Below, piece by piece: positions 1 to 9,275 of a DNA stretch of 18,011 nt. Position 1 is the stretch's first letter; every line of letters begins with the position of its first letter. The DNA is from a virus. Its lineage: Duplodnaviria; Heunggongvirae; Uroviricota; Caudoviricetes. The stretch spans positions 1 to 18,011 of IMG/VR virus record IMGVR_UViG_2630968500_000004; one strand, given 5' to 3'. The position numbers were made by a program, and so were the translations under genes. The notes beneath the pieces are model-generated. The model ran no database searches and was not told the origin of the DNA. It saw only the letters and a list, made by a program, of their open reading frames with translations.

Positions 1-635
1 AGGTGGGTCAGAAGGTGTTCGCTATCGGCAACCCCTTCGGCCTGGACTGGACGCTCACCACTGGTATCGTCTCCGCGCTCGACCGCTCGTTGCCGGGAGA
101 AGCGGGCGGCCCGGCCATCGATCACCTGATCCAGACCGACGCCGCCATCAACCCCGGCAATTCCGGTGGCCCGCTGCTCGATTCGGCTGGGCGGCTGATC
201 GGAATCAATACCGCCATCTACAGTCCGTCTGGCGCCTCGGCCGGCATAGGCTTTGCGGTGCCGGTCGATACCGTCATGCGCGTGGTGCCGCAACTCATAA
301 AGACCGGCAAGTACATCCGTCCGGCACTGGGCATCGAGGTGGATGAGCAGATCAACGCGCGTCTGCAGGCGCTGACCGGCAGTAAGGGCGTATTCGTATT
401 GCGCGTGACGCCGGGCTCGGCGGCGCACAGGGCCGGGCTCGTCGGCGTCGAGGTCACCGCAGGCGGCATCGTGCCCGGCGATCGCGTTATCAGCATCGAC
501 GGTATCGCCGTCGACGACGTCACCACATTACAGGCCCGGCTAGACGACAAGAACGTTGGAGATGTTGTGGTCTTGTTAGTGGAGCGGGCCGGCAAGACTC
601 GCGAGATGCTTGTGGAACTACAACCGGGAGTTTGA
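1..635 (+). CDS. HtrA/DegP-family periplasmic serine protease, C-terminal part (5' end lies outside the window)
   Basis: ORF 3..635 is open to the left edge. Translation contains the trypsin-like catalytic serine motif GNSGGPL and a C-terminal PDZ-like region (GIEV...VTPGSAA...GDRVISIDG). Region is GC-rich by eye. Confidence 0.8.
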   Translation, partial: VGQKVFAIGNPFGLDWTLTTGIVSALDRSLPGEAGGPAIDHLIQTDAAINPGNSGGPLLDSAGRLIGINTAIYSPSGASAGIGFAVPVDTVMRVVPQLIKTGKYIRPALGIEVDEQINARLQALTGSKGVFVLRVTPGSAAHRAGLVGVEVTAGGIVPGDRVISIDGIAVDDVTTLQARLDDKNVGDVVVLLVERAGKTREMLVELQPGV

Positions 636-637
636 TG

Positions 638-1432
638 GAAAGTGGGTCATGGATCTGCACAGCGAAGCAGCCAAGCGACTTCAGCCTTGCGCCGAACTAC
701 GAGCCCTAGCTAGGGATGGTCTGAAGTAGCCCTGTATTTCCGGCTGACTTCAGCCACTGCTGATTTTGAAAGCGGTGAACCGATCAAAAACGATCGGATC
801 ACCCGCTCATTTCGGTGCTTTCAGCCGTCGCGAGCACCTTGCGACGGCCATTTTCCGCATTACAGGCGCACCTCTCCTGCGCTTGCCAGCAAATGTCGGC
901 GGGCCATCCATAGGTTCGACAGGGCAAACAGCGTCACCAGTTGTGCAGTGTTCCTCACCAGCCCTCGGAAACGTACCTTGGTGTAGCCGAACTGCCGCTT
1001 GATCACGCGAAACGGGGGCTCTACCTTCGCTCGCACTTGCGCCTTGGCCTTCTCGATCTTGCGCTTGGCTTTGTACAGGGCGCTGCGTTTATCGAGCATC
1101 TTGTAGGTGCTGCGGCGTGCTGCGACCTGCCAGATCACTTCTCGGTCGGCATGCTCGGAGCGCTTTTCGACGCCGGTGTAGCCGGCATCGGCGCAGACGA
1201 CGTTCTCGTCGCCGTGCAGCAGCTTGTCGACCTGGGTGACATCCGCCACGGTGGCTGCCGTGCCCACCACGCTGTGTACCAGCCCCGATTCATCATCAAC
1301 GCCGATGTGCGCCTTCATGCCAAAGTAATACTGGTTCCCCTTCTTGGTCTGGTGCATTTTCGGGTCGCGCTTGCCGTCCTGGTTCTTGGATGAACTGGGC
1401 GCGTGGATCAGCGTGGCATCGACGATAGTCCA
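638..1432 (-). mobile_element. IS5-family insertion sequence remnant: transposase C-terminal ~190 codons (860..~1432, minus strand), N-terminal third missing
   Basis: C-terminal half of minus ORF 860..2119 (IVDATLIHAPSSSKNQDGKRDPKMHQTKKGNQYYFGMKAHIGVD ... HPFRVIKRQFGYTKVRFRGL ... LFALSNLW) matches the IS5 transposase DDE domain from about residue 120 onward. No frame upstream encodes the IS5 N-terminal region. GGAAAGTGGGTC at 638-649 loosely resembles IS5-group terminal repeats; this and the exact boundaries are tentative. Confidence 0.65.
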
Positions 1433-2119
1433 TCTTGATAATATCGGGCCGCTCAACGCTTGGGTACGGCACGAAATCCAGCTCGACGATGCGCGTCCAC
1501 TGGATGTCGTTATCCTGTCGTTCGTTGGCTTGTGGCTCCTCGTCGAGCAATGTTGGTGCTTCGATGCGGGTGACGACGAAATCCCGAAACTCTCTACTCT
1601 TGCGATCAAAGGGACGTGCCAGCGCATGCCGGTATCAACCAAAGCAAAGGGCACAATTACCCGCTCGGACTCGCCGCTGCTCATCGAGTAGTAGCGGATG
1701 GCGACGGGTCGCTTAGCGTGGATGCCTCGGCAAATCGTGGCTAACACATCCATCTTGGGAATGCTTAGGGCTGCGGGGGATTCGCATGGTAGCAGCGCCT
1801 GCATTGAGCCGTTCACGCCATCGCCAAAACCGAGAGACAGCGCCGACAGAACGCGCAGCGATGCGTGCTCGAACAACGGTGAGAACTCCTGCCCGATGCG
1901 ATAAATCTTGTTGCTACCATCGAAGGTGATGTTATGCGGCGCAATTTCCCGGTACAAAGCCAAATCGCGTGTCGCCCCTGCCGGAGCCACACCGAAGCGC
2001 TCAATCAGATCAGGGCGTCCGATCTCACCGAAGAAATAGAGCCGAAAATCGATGTAGGCCAACCTCTCGCGCTGGACCAAACTCAAGTCCTCAAGCCGCT
2101 TAGAAAGGGAACCAAGCAT
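1433..2119 (-). pseudogene. Disrupted HTH/WYL-like transcriptional regulator gene, frameshifted and fused to the IS5 remnant
   Basis: N-terminal 175 residues of minus ORF 860..2119 look like an HTH followed by a WYL-type motif (RVIVPFALVDTGMRWHV). After about residue 175 the frame becomes S-rich low-complexity, while an alternative frame (minus ORF 1296..1550) carries protein-like sequence, implying a frameshift between about 1550 and 1600. The junction with transposase sequence is near 1432-1440. Confidence 0.4.
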
Positions 2120-2496
2120 GAATCATCACTATAGGGAAAAAATGAATATTTAATACGGTAATCCATAAAGTGCCATGATTATAATCAAATTGATGATAAT
2201 CAGCATTAATACTTATGTAACAGCAAGAATTTATGTCTTAAACGTAGACAGTCATCGTATGGGCTGATGTTTCTATACCGTTAAATTGATGCCATCCAAC
2301 TATAAAACCTTGCTGCCCAATGCCCTATAGCTCCCTCAGGCAATTTGCCCTTATCCACTGTTCTGGTCTGGGGATGAGGGATATCAGAATAACCTAACGA
2401 CTCAGGGACTGGGATCACAGGCAACCGTGGCTCGTCGCTTACCTTAATTCAAATTATTTTCAGATAGATATCATTCTTCTGAACATACCCGATTAA

Positions 2497-2532
2497 CGGC
2501 AGAATCTCACGATTCTGCCGTTTTTGTATAAT
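2497..2532 (+). promoter_or_regulatory. Perfect 10-bp inverted repeat (CGGCAGAATC-tcac-GATTCTGCCG), T5 tract, then TATAAT -10 element upstream of the GTPase gene
   Basis: Arms at 2497-2506 and 2511-2520, TTTTT at 2521-2525, TATAAT at 2527-2532, GGAG at 2541-2544, ATG at 2551. Could be an operator overlapping the promoter or an intrinsic terminator for a lost upstream gene. Confidence 0.4.
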
Positions 2533-2550
2533 TTTTCAGAGGAGTAGCTA

Positions 2551-3414
2551 ATGAACAATTCTGAAGGTTTGAAGTCGTTTCAGCAATCGCTTGCTGGCCT
2601 GCCACAGTGGGTGTCTGAACGTATATTGCAGCAGATAAATCAGTTAACCCATTACGAGCCAGTAATCGGCATTATGGGTAAGAGCGGTGCCGGTAAATCC
2701 TCACTCTGCAATGCCCTGTTTGCCAGTGAGGTATCACCGGTCAGCGATGTGGCGGCCTGTACACGTGAGCCACTGCGCTTTCGCCTGCAGGTTGGCGACC
2801 GCTATATAACGCTGATGGATCTGCCCGGCGTGGGCGAAAGTGGCGCTCGCGATACCGAGTATGCTGCGCTGTACCGCGAACAGCTTCCTCGCCTCGACCT
2901 GGTACTGTGGCTGATTAAGGCCGATGACCGGGCGCTGACGGTGGATGAACATTTTTATCATCAGGTGATTGGAGAGGTATACCGGCATAAGGTGCTGTTT
3001 GTTATCAGCCAGTCGGATAAGGCCGAACCTACCAGCGGTGGGGGACAGTTGTCCACGGCGCAGAAGCAGAATATCAGCCGCAAAATCTGCCTGCTGCATG
3101 AGCTGTTCCAGCCCGTCCATCCGGTGTGTGCTGTGTCGGTCCGTCTACAATGGGGGCTTAAGGTGATGGCCGAGCGGATGATTAAGTGCCTGCCACGTGA
3201 GGCCACCAGCCCGGTGGTGTCGCAACTCCATCCTTCCTTTCGCACGACGGTAGTCCGGGAACAGGCTCGTAGCGATTTTGGTGAAACCGTCGGGGCCGTA
3301 CTCGATAGCATCAGTGCCTTTCCCCTGATACCCGCCCCTGTGCGGGCCGTCATTCAGGCCGTGCGCACCACCGTGGTCTCTGTGGCCCGCGCCGTCTGGG
3401 ATTTCTTCTTCTGA
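2551..3414 (+). CDS. yfjP: P-loop GTPase of the cryptic-prophage YfjP/YeeP/YkfA family
   Basis: 287 aa. Walker A GKSGAGKSS, G3 DLPG, G4 SQSDK. Length and downstream synteny match CP4-57 yfjP; paralog assignment not verified by alignment. Confidence 0.8.
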   Translation: MNNSEGLKSFQQSLAGLPQWVSERILQQINQLTHYEPVIGIMGKSGAGKSSLCNALFASEVSPVSDVAACTREPLRFRLQVGDRYITLMDLPGVGESGARDTEYAALYREQLPRLDLVLWLIKADDRALTVDEHFYHQVIGEVYRHKVLFVISQSDKAEPTSGGGQLSTAQKQNISRKICLLHELFQPVHPVCAVSVRLQWGLKVMAERMIKCLPREATSPVVSQLHPSFRTTVVREQARSDFGETVGAVLDSISAFPLIPAPVRAVIQAVRTTVVSVARAVWDFFF

Positions 3415-3444
3415 GTATTTAATCCATCCCTGTTATTTCCCCGA

Positions 3445-3484
3445 CCCTGTCGCCGATGCGACGGGGATCCCCTTTATTTGTTTT
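3445..3484 (+). terminator. Hairpin plus T-rich tract between the GTPase and DUF932 genes (possible intrinsic terminator or attenuator)
   Basis: 9-bp stem 3445-3453 / 3458-3466 (one G-U wobble), loop CGAT, followed by the T-rich stretch ATCCCCTTTATTTGTTTT. Confidence 0.4.
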
Positions 3485-3505
3485 CCCGTTATGAGGAGTC
3501 TGCTT

Positions 3506-4327
3506 ATGACCCGTCTGGCTTCGCGCTTTGGCGCTGCAAACATTATTCGTCGTGACCGTCCGTTAACCCGCGAGGAGCTGTTTCGCGTGGTGCCCAGTGT
3601 GTTCAGCGAGGATAAACATGAATCCCGTAGTGAACGCTACACCTATATACCCACCATCTCCTTGCTGGACAGCCTGCAGCGAGAAGGCTTCCAGCCATTC
3701 TTTGCCTGTCAGACCCGTGTGCGTGATCCGGAGCGTCGCGAACACACCAAGCATATGCTGCGTCTACGGCGTGAGGGACAGATAACCGGTAAGCAGGTGC
3801 CGGAAATAATCCTGCTCAACTCTCACGATGGCAGCAGTTCGTACCAGATGCTGCCGGGACTATTTCGTGCGGTTTGTCAGAACGGGCTCGTCTGCGGTGA
3901 GTCGTTTGGCGAGGTGCGGGTGCCACACAAGGGGGACGTGGTGAGTCAGGTGATTGAAGGCGCGTATGAGGTGCTGGGGATTTTTGACCGGGTGGAGGAG
4001 AAACGGGATGCCATGCAGTCGTTGCTGTTGCCACCCCCGGCACAGCAGGCACTGGCAAAAGCCGCCCTCACATACCGCTTTGGTGAAGACCACCAGCCGG
4101 TGACTGAATCGCAGATCCTCTCCCCTCGCCGCTGGCAGGATGAGAGCAATGACCTGTGGACCACGTACCAGCGTATTCAGGAGAACCTGATTAAGGGCGG
4201 GCTCAGTGGCCGTAATGCCAAAGGAGGACGGTCACATACCCGTGCCGTTCGCGGTATCGACGGGGACGTGAAACTTAACCGGGCACTGTGGGTGATGGCG
4301 GAAGCCCTGCTCACGCAACTGCAGTGA
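3506..4327 (+). CDS. yfjQ: DUF932-family protein (YfjQ-like)
   Basis: Frame of ORF 3491..4327. Start placed at the internal ATG 3506 because GAGGAG lies 7 nt upstream, giving 273 aa, the length of E. coli YfjQ. Position directly downstream of the GTPase matches CP4-57. Confidence 0.7.
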   Translation: MTRLASRFGAANIIRRDRPLTREELFRVVPSVFSEDKHESRSERYTYIPTISLLDSLQREGFQPFFACQTRVRDPERREHTKHMLRLRREGQITGKQVPEIILLNSHDGSSSYQMLPGLFRAVCQNGLVCGESFGEVRVPHKGDVVSQVIEGAYEVLGIFDRVEEKRDAMQSLLLPPPAQQALAKAALTYRFGEDHQPVTESQILSPRRWQDESNDLWTTYQRIQENLIKGGLSGRNAKGGRSHTRAVRGIDGDVKLNRALWVMAEALLTQLQ

Positions 4328-4356
4328 CCGTTTAATGTTGCTGCTTTGTTAATATC

Positions 4357-4483
4357 GGACACCACCTGTCCGCATCGCACCGTGCTGACGGTCCTCACTC
4401 ACCGAGGGAAGGCCTGTAACCCCCGCTGCCTCTGGCTTTTGCAGAAATGAAAAATAGTTTCTGTGGTGTCCATACCCTGTCCG
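4357..4483 (+). promoter_or_regulatory. Inverted repeat GGACACCAC / GTGGTGTCC, each followed by a CTGTCCG direct repeat, upstream of the WYL regulator gene
   Basis: GGACACCAC 4357-4365 and its exact reverse complement GTGGTGTCC 4463-4471; CTGTCCG at 4366-4372 and 4477-4483. Lies in the 216-bp gap before the regulator ATG at 4544. Confidence 0.35.
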
Positions 4484-4543
4484 ACCCCCTCTTTAAAGTA
4501 ATCACATCATTTTCAGTCAGTTAACTTTCACGGAGAACGTCTC

Positions 4544-5245
4544 ATGACACAGGCAGAACGCCGCCATGACCGGCTGGCTGTCAGGCTGTCACTGATAATC
4601 AGCCGTCTGGTGGCAGGGGAAACGCTGAGTGTGCGTAAGCTTGCCGCTGAGTTTGGTGTGTCGGTGCGCACGCTGCGGCGTGATTTTCGTGAGCGGCTGA
4701 TGTATCTGGACCTGGAGTATCAGTCCGGATATTGCCGCTTACGCACTGCGGGCAGTGAGACGCAGATGGTGCCCGACGTGCTTATCTTTGCCCACCGCAG
4801 CGGGATGGCCGGTCTTTTCCCTGGCTTTGACCGTCGTCTGGTAAACGCACTGCTGATGTGCGATGAGTCTCCCTGCGTAATCGCACCCGCCAGTCCGGTT
4901 CCTTCGCCATCAGGCGCATTGTCTTTCTGGCGACTGATTCAGGCCATTACCGGGCGCAGGCGGGTGACTCTGATTGCCGAGGGGCAGCGCTGTGAGCGGC
5001 TGGCTCCCTGCCGGTTACTTATCCACCAGCAGGCCTGGTATCTGGTGGCAGAGCACGACGGACATATCGCCGTATTCTCCCTGGATGAAATCCATCTGAT
5101 TCAGCCTTTGCAGGAGACTTTTCGCCGCAATGACAGTCTGTGTCGCCTGGTTGAAGACCCGGTCTTCATTCAGGCCTTACCCCATTTTCGCTTTATCCAG
5201 CATTCACTGCTTACGTTTGTTCCGGCTGACAGCCCACCGGAATAG
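4544..5245 (+). CDS. yfjR: HTH/WYL-domain transcriptional regulator (YfjR-like)
   Basis: 233 aa. N-terminal HTH-like region ([20 protein letters not shown]) and a WYL motif ([22 protein letters not shown]). GGAG 8 nt upstream of the ATG. Length equals E. coli YfjR. Confidence 0.8.
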   Translation: MTQAERRHDRLAVRLSLIISRLVAGETLSVRKLAAEFGVSVRTLRRDFRERLMYLDLEYQSGYCRLRTAGSETQMVPDVLIFAHRSGMAGLFPGFDRRLVNALLMCDESPCVIAPASPVPSPSGALSFWRLIQAITGRRRVTLIAEGQRCERLAPCRLLIHQQAWYLVAEHDGHIAVFSLDEIHLIQPLQETFRRNDSLCRLVEDPVFIQALPHFRFIQHSLLTFVPADSPPE

Positions 5246-5285
5246 CGCAGGCGTTGTTATCAACGCGGCAACAGGGAGGAGCCCA

Positions 5286-5522
5286 GTGCCCGTTATTGCC
5301 ATTATCGCCATTGTTATCATCGTCATCATTCTGAACAAAACCGGAGTGTCCGACAGCCTCACGGCCTTGACACTTGCAACCGTTGCCGCACTACTGACGG
5401 GAGGTGGCGCAGCCGGTGCTGCCAGTGTCGCGCTGACGCCGTTCGTCGGCGTGCCAGTGGGTATTTTTGTGGGAATTTATGTCTTTGCCAAAGTGGTTCG
5501 TCTGATTTCAGGGAAAAAATAA
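5286..5522 (+). CDS. Small hydrophobic inner-membrane protein (78 aa)
   Basis: GTG start 5286 preceded by GGGAGGA with 5-nt spacing, within the frame of ORF 5130..5522. Translation is almost entirely hydrophobic (VPVIAIIAIVIIVIIL ... GIFVGIYVFAKVV). Stop TAA overlaps the next ATG (TAATG). Occupies the ypjK position of CP4-57; symbol not asserted. Confidence 0.5.
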   Translation: MPVIAIIAIVIIVIILNKTGVSDSLTALTLATVAALLTGGGAAGAASVALTPFVGVPVGIFVGIYVFAKVVRLISGKK

Positions 5523-5965
5523 TGAAACGTAAAACACTACCTCTGCTGGCGCTGGTTGCCACCTCTCTGTTTCTGAGCGCCTGCGATGACAGCAGTGATG
5601 ACCTCAAAGCTATCAGTAAATTTAAGGACCTCACGCCTCCGCGCTTCAGCGATGTGGTCAGTCGGCAGGATGATGTCAGCGAAGAATGGTCACAGGTTGG
5701 CTTTTCATCAGGTCTCACCCTGCAGGTCTTACGTACCCGTGAGTCGCCCGATGGCTGCGAGGGCGGTAGTTACTACTACCTCGTGGATATGCAGGAAAAA
5801 ACCATCCAGCCGCTGATGAATGCGCTGTGTATTGCCGATAACATCAAACTGGAATACCAGGAGGTGACGGACCCGTATACCAAAGAAAAATACTTTGAGT
5901 ACGCCCATGACGGCAAACTGATGGGGCAGCTACTGATACCCTCGAACCCTGACAATCAGGAATAA
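5522..5965 (+). CDS. yfjS: Lipoprotein (YfjS-like)
   Basis: 147 aa. Signal peptide with lipobox LSAC (MKRKTLPLLALVATSLFLSAC). Length and position match E. coli YfjS. Confidence 0.7.
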   Translation: MKRKTLPLLALVATSLFLSACDDSSDDLKAISKFKDLTPPRFSDVVSRQDDVSEEWSQVGFSSGLTLQVLRTRESPDGCEGGSYYYLVDMQEKTIQPLMNALCIADNIKLEYQEVTDPYTKEKYFEYAHDGKLMGQLLIPSNPDNQE

Positions 5966-5987
5966 AACAACGACAAAGGAGACAAGA

Positions 5988-6455
5988 ATGACAATACTTT
6001 CACTAAGTCGGTTTATGCTGGCGGGTGTACTGCTCGCGAGCTTTAATGCCTCTGCTATCCCGGGGTTCTGGCAGCAGGGTTACGGTCAGGGCAATACGGA
6101 ATACAGCGTGACCGAAGCCAGCGGAAAGACGTTTACCATCAACTGCACAGGGAACCCGGACCAGAATGGTTTCTATCAGCATTCAGTCTTTCTTACCCTT
6201 GCCGATGACAAGATGGTCAGTTCGCACGATGACGACACTACTATCACCGTAGTGATGGATCACCAGCAGTACATTATTCCGTCCAGCCTGGGCTGGCGTA
6301 ACGGCGATAACGCCTGGTTTGACTTCATCAGCAATATCTCTGAGGCCGGGCAGTTCGACGTCTACGTCAATGACCACAAAGCAGGGACCTTCACTGCGGA
6401 CCGGAAGAACACTGAGAAAGTTCTGTCCACTCTCGGAGACTGCAGCAACGACTGA
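5988..6455 (+). CDS. yfjT: Secreted/periplasmic protein (YfjT-like)
   Basis: 155 aa. N-terminal signal peptide ([23 protein letters not shown]). AGGAG upstream. Length and position match E. coli YfjT. Confidence 0.7.
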   Translation: MTILSLSRFMLAGVLLASFNASAIPGFWQQGYGQGNTEYSVTEASGKTFTINCTGNPDQNGFYQHSVFLTLADDKMVSSHDDDTTITVVMDHQQYIIPSSLGWRNGDNAWFDFISNISEAGQFDVYVNDHKAGTFTADRKNTEKVLSTLGDCSND

Positions 6456-6481
6456 TAGTAGTATCTTCCCCAGCAAATCCA

Positions 6482-6516
6482 CCCCGACAGCTAGCAGGCT
6501 GCCGGGGTTTTCTTTT
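6482..6516 (+). terminator. Rho-independent terminator after the yfjT-like gene
   Basis: 10-bp stem CCCCGACAGC 6482-6491 / GCTGCCGGGG 6498-6507 with one A-C mismatch, followed by TTTTCTTTT. Confidence 0.55.
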
Positions 6517-6531
6517 ATCAGGAGCCCGAAA

Positions 6532-6681
6532 ATGACCCAATCCGTGTTGCTGCCACCGGGGCCTTTCACCCGGAGACAAGCGCAAGCGGTCACTACCACG
6601 TACAGCAATATCACACTCGAAGACGACCAGGGCAGTCACTTCCGTCTGGTGGTTCGTGATACTGAAGGCCGGATGGTCTGA
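6532..6681 (+). CDS. Small hypothetical protein (49 aa)
   Basis: ATG 6532 with GGAG 8 nt upstream, directly after the terminator; in frame with listed ORF 6319..6681. No recognisable family. Confidence 0.3.
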   Translation: MTQSVLLPPGPFTRRQAQAVTTTYSNITLEDDQGSHFRLVVRDTEGRMV

Positions 6682-6868
6682 CGGGCATGGAACTTTGAGC
6701 CGGATGCCGGTGAAGGTCTTAACCGCTATATCCGCACCTCAGGCATCCGTACAGACACGGCCACCCGCTGATCGCGAAGCATTTACCCGCATTCACCTCC
6801 CCGAACACACTTTATATCCCCATACGCCAGCCATCGCCGCTGGCGTTTTTATTGACGGAGACATACCC

Positions 6869-7327
6869 ATGACAACACAGACGCAGCACGACCTCGCACC
6901 CGCTAACCAACCCGAATTTGAACTGACCGTCACGCCGGTCCCCGATGAACAGCGTATCGATTTCTGGCCACAGTACTTTGGCGCTATCCCGCAGTGGCTA
7001 CTCCTGGAGCCGCATATCTTCGCCTGGATGGACCGCTTCTGTGAGGGCTACAGCGGTGGTATCTGGTCGTTCTACACCCTCAGCAATGGCGGCGCATTTA
7101 TGTCCCCCGAGCCTGACAACGATGAGACATGGCGTCTGTTTAACTGCCTGAACGGTAACGATGCCCAAATGAGTGCAGAAGCAGCAGGTATTGCTGTCTG
7201 CCTGATTGCGTATAGCCACCATGCCTGCCGTACAGAATGTGACGCGATGACCGCACACTATTACCGCCTGCGGGAGTATGCCATGCAACATCCAGAGGCT
7301 CACGCCATTCTGCGTATTATCGACTGA
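6869..7327 (+). CDS. yfjX: Antirestriction-family protein (YfjX-like)
   Basis: Frame of ORF 6656..7327. Start set to the internal ATG 6869 (GGAG 9 nt upstream), giving 152 aa, the length of E. coli YfjX; the upstream extension looks non-coding. Family call is by resemblance, not alignment. Confidence 0.7.
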   Translation: MTTQTQHDLAPANQPEFELTVTPVPDEQRIDFWPQYFGAIPQWLLLEPHIFAWMDRFCEGYSGGIWSFYTLSNGGAFMSPEPDNDETWRLFNCLNGNDAQMSAEAAGIAVCLIAYSHHACRTECDAMTAHYYRLREYAMQHPEAHAILRIID

Positions 7328-7342
7328 CCGAAGGAGCAACAG

Positions 7343-7819
7343 ATGAAACAGCTTTCCTTTTTACCCGGCGAGATGACGCCACAGGACCGGCGTCTCATTC
7401 AGCGGGCGCTCAGGGCTCTGGACCGCCACCTGCATGAGCCCGGCGTAGCCTTCACCTCTACCCACGCCGTACGTGAATGGCTGCGACTGCATATGGCCGC
7501 GCTTGAGCGGGAAGAGTTCCGGGTGTTGTATCTGGACAACCAGAATCAGTTGATTGCCCATGAAACGCTCTTCACCGGCACGATTAACCGCACCGAGGTG
7601 CATCCCCGGGAGGTGGTCAAACGTGCTCTGCACTTCAACGCGGCGGCGGTGATACTCGCGCATAACCATCCTTCCGGCGAGACGACACCTAGCCAGGCCG
7701 ACAAAACCCTCACGCAGCGACTGGTTCAGGTGCTTCAGCTGGTGGATATCCGTGTCCCTGACCATCTGATTGTCGGTGGCAGGCAAATCTATTCGTTCGC
7801 AGAACACGGTCTGCTTTGA
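7343..7819 (+). CDS. yfjY: RadC-like JAB-domain protein (YfjY/YeeS/YkfG family)
   Basis: 158 aa with the JAMM-type motif HNHPSG and the conserved PSQAD segment. AGGAG upstream. Confidence 0.85.
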   Translation: MKQLSFLPGEMTPQDRRLIQRALRALDRHLHEPGVAFTSTHAVREWLRLHMAALEREEFRVLYLDNQNQLIAHETLFTGTINRTEVHPREVVKRALHFNAAAVILAHNHPSGETTPSQADKTLTQRLVQVLQLVDIRVPDHLIVGGRQIYSFAEHGLL

Positions 7820-7827
7820 GGTATTAC

Positions 7828-8049
7828 ATGAAAATTATCAGTAAACGCAGGGCAATGACGATATACCGCCAGCATCCTGAGTCCCGAATCTTTCGCTACT
7901 GCACCGGCAAATACCAGTGGCACGGTAGCGTCTGTCATTACACCGGCAGGGACGTTCCGGATATCGCCGGAGTCCTCGCGGTATACGCCGAACGCCGCCA
8001 GGACCGCAATGGGCCCTATACCTGCCTGATGAGCATCACCCTGAACTGA
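7828..8049 (+). CDS. ypjJ: DUF987-family small protein (YpjJ/YeeT-like)
   Basis: Frame of ORF 7816..8049. ATG 7828 preferred (GAGG upstream; 7816 is a TTG inside the RadC stop region). Sequence pattern RIFRYCTGKYQWHGS ... GPYTCLMSITLN is typical of YeeT/YpjJ proteins. Confidence 0.7.
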   Translation: MKIISKRRAMTIYRQHPESRIFRYCTGKYQWHGSVCHYTGRDVPDIAGVLAVYAERRQDRNGPYTCLMSITLN

Positions 8050-8067
8050 CAATAGTGGAGAACTGTA

Positions 8068-8747
<680 letters not shown>

Positions 8748-8811
8748 ACATTGCGTACAACCTTCCCGATTTACATTTCTGAACTTCCTCCCTTGTTTAC
8801 CTATTGCGTAA

Positions 8812-8847
8812 TGCGCCTGCTACTACCCGGCAGGCGCGTTATCTTTT
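8812..8847 (+). terminator. Rho-independent terminator after the toxin gene
   Basis: Perfect 8-bp stem GCGCCTGC 8812-8819 / GCAGGCGC 8829-8836, 9-nt loop, then GTTATCTTTTT. Confidence 0.6.
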
Positions 8848-9275
8848 TACGGACAAACAATCATGCAACCAGAAGTTGAAGTATTAACCGATCATAATGA
8901 GCTAATTTGTTCGAGCTTTATTGAACACATTGCCAACACATTAAATTTAGGAGTGGTGTACAACTAAACCTGCAGCCAAGGATGTATAGTGAGCGAAGCC
9001 CTATCAGGCCTTTTTGGTCAGTAGATAAGATTGATCTTCGTTGATAGAATTTACTTACACCAGCTGTTACATTAAGATAATTTTTTGGTGGGAGAATGAT
9101 AAGATCTTACGTAACAATTTGATTTTAATGGTGCGATAATAGGAACAATACCTAACGATCAATCACCATGATTTAAATGAATTTTTATGCTTTCGATTTT
9201 CTCACATACCCCCAAAAGTACCCCCACATTGTTTTTCGTCTCAATTTTGGGGTATGCGCTTACCAAGAAACACAG

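Noticed and set aside
218-595. 125-aa minus-strand ORF inside the protease gene
   Set aside because: Antisense to a confidently coding HtrA-family frame in GC-rich DNA, where long spurious ORFs are common. Low-complexity S/T/P-rich translation.
941-1904. Plus-strand ORFs 941..1393, 1344..1691, 1435..1716 and 1698..1904
   Set aside because: All are antisense to or overlap the transposase/WYL remnant in GC-rich DNA. Translations are low-complexity with no start-site support.
860-2119. 419-codon minus-strand ORF as one intact protein
   Set aside because: It is a read-through chimera. The N-terminal part is a WYL-like regulator, the middle is S-rich frameshifted junk, and the C-terminal part is an IS5 transposase missing its first ~120 residues. 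Annotated instead as pseudogene plus IS remnant.
6656-6868. N-terminal extension of the antirestriction ORF (start at 6656)
   Set aside because: The extension has no ribosome-binding site and does not look like protein. The internal ATG at 6869 has GGAG upstream and gives the family-typical 152 aa.
8873-8967. Possible 31-codon ORF (MQPEVEVLTDHNEL...) in the AT-rich junction
   Set aside because: No ribosome-binding site upstream and too short to support by eye.
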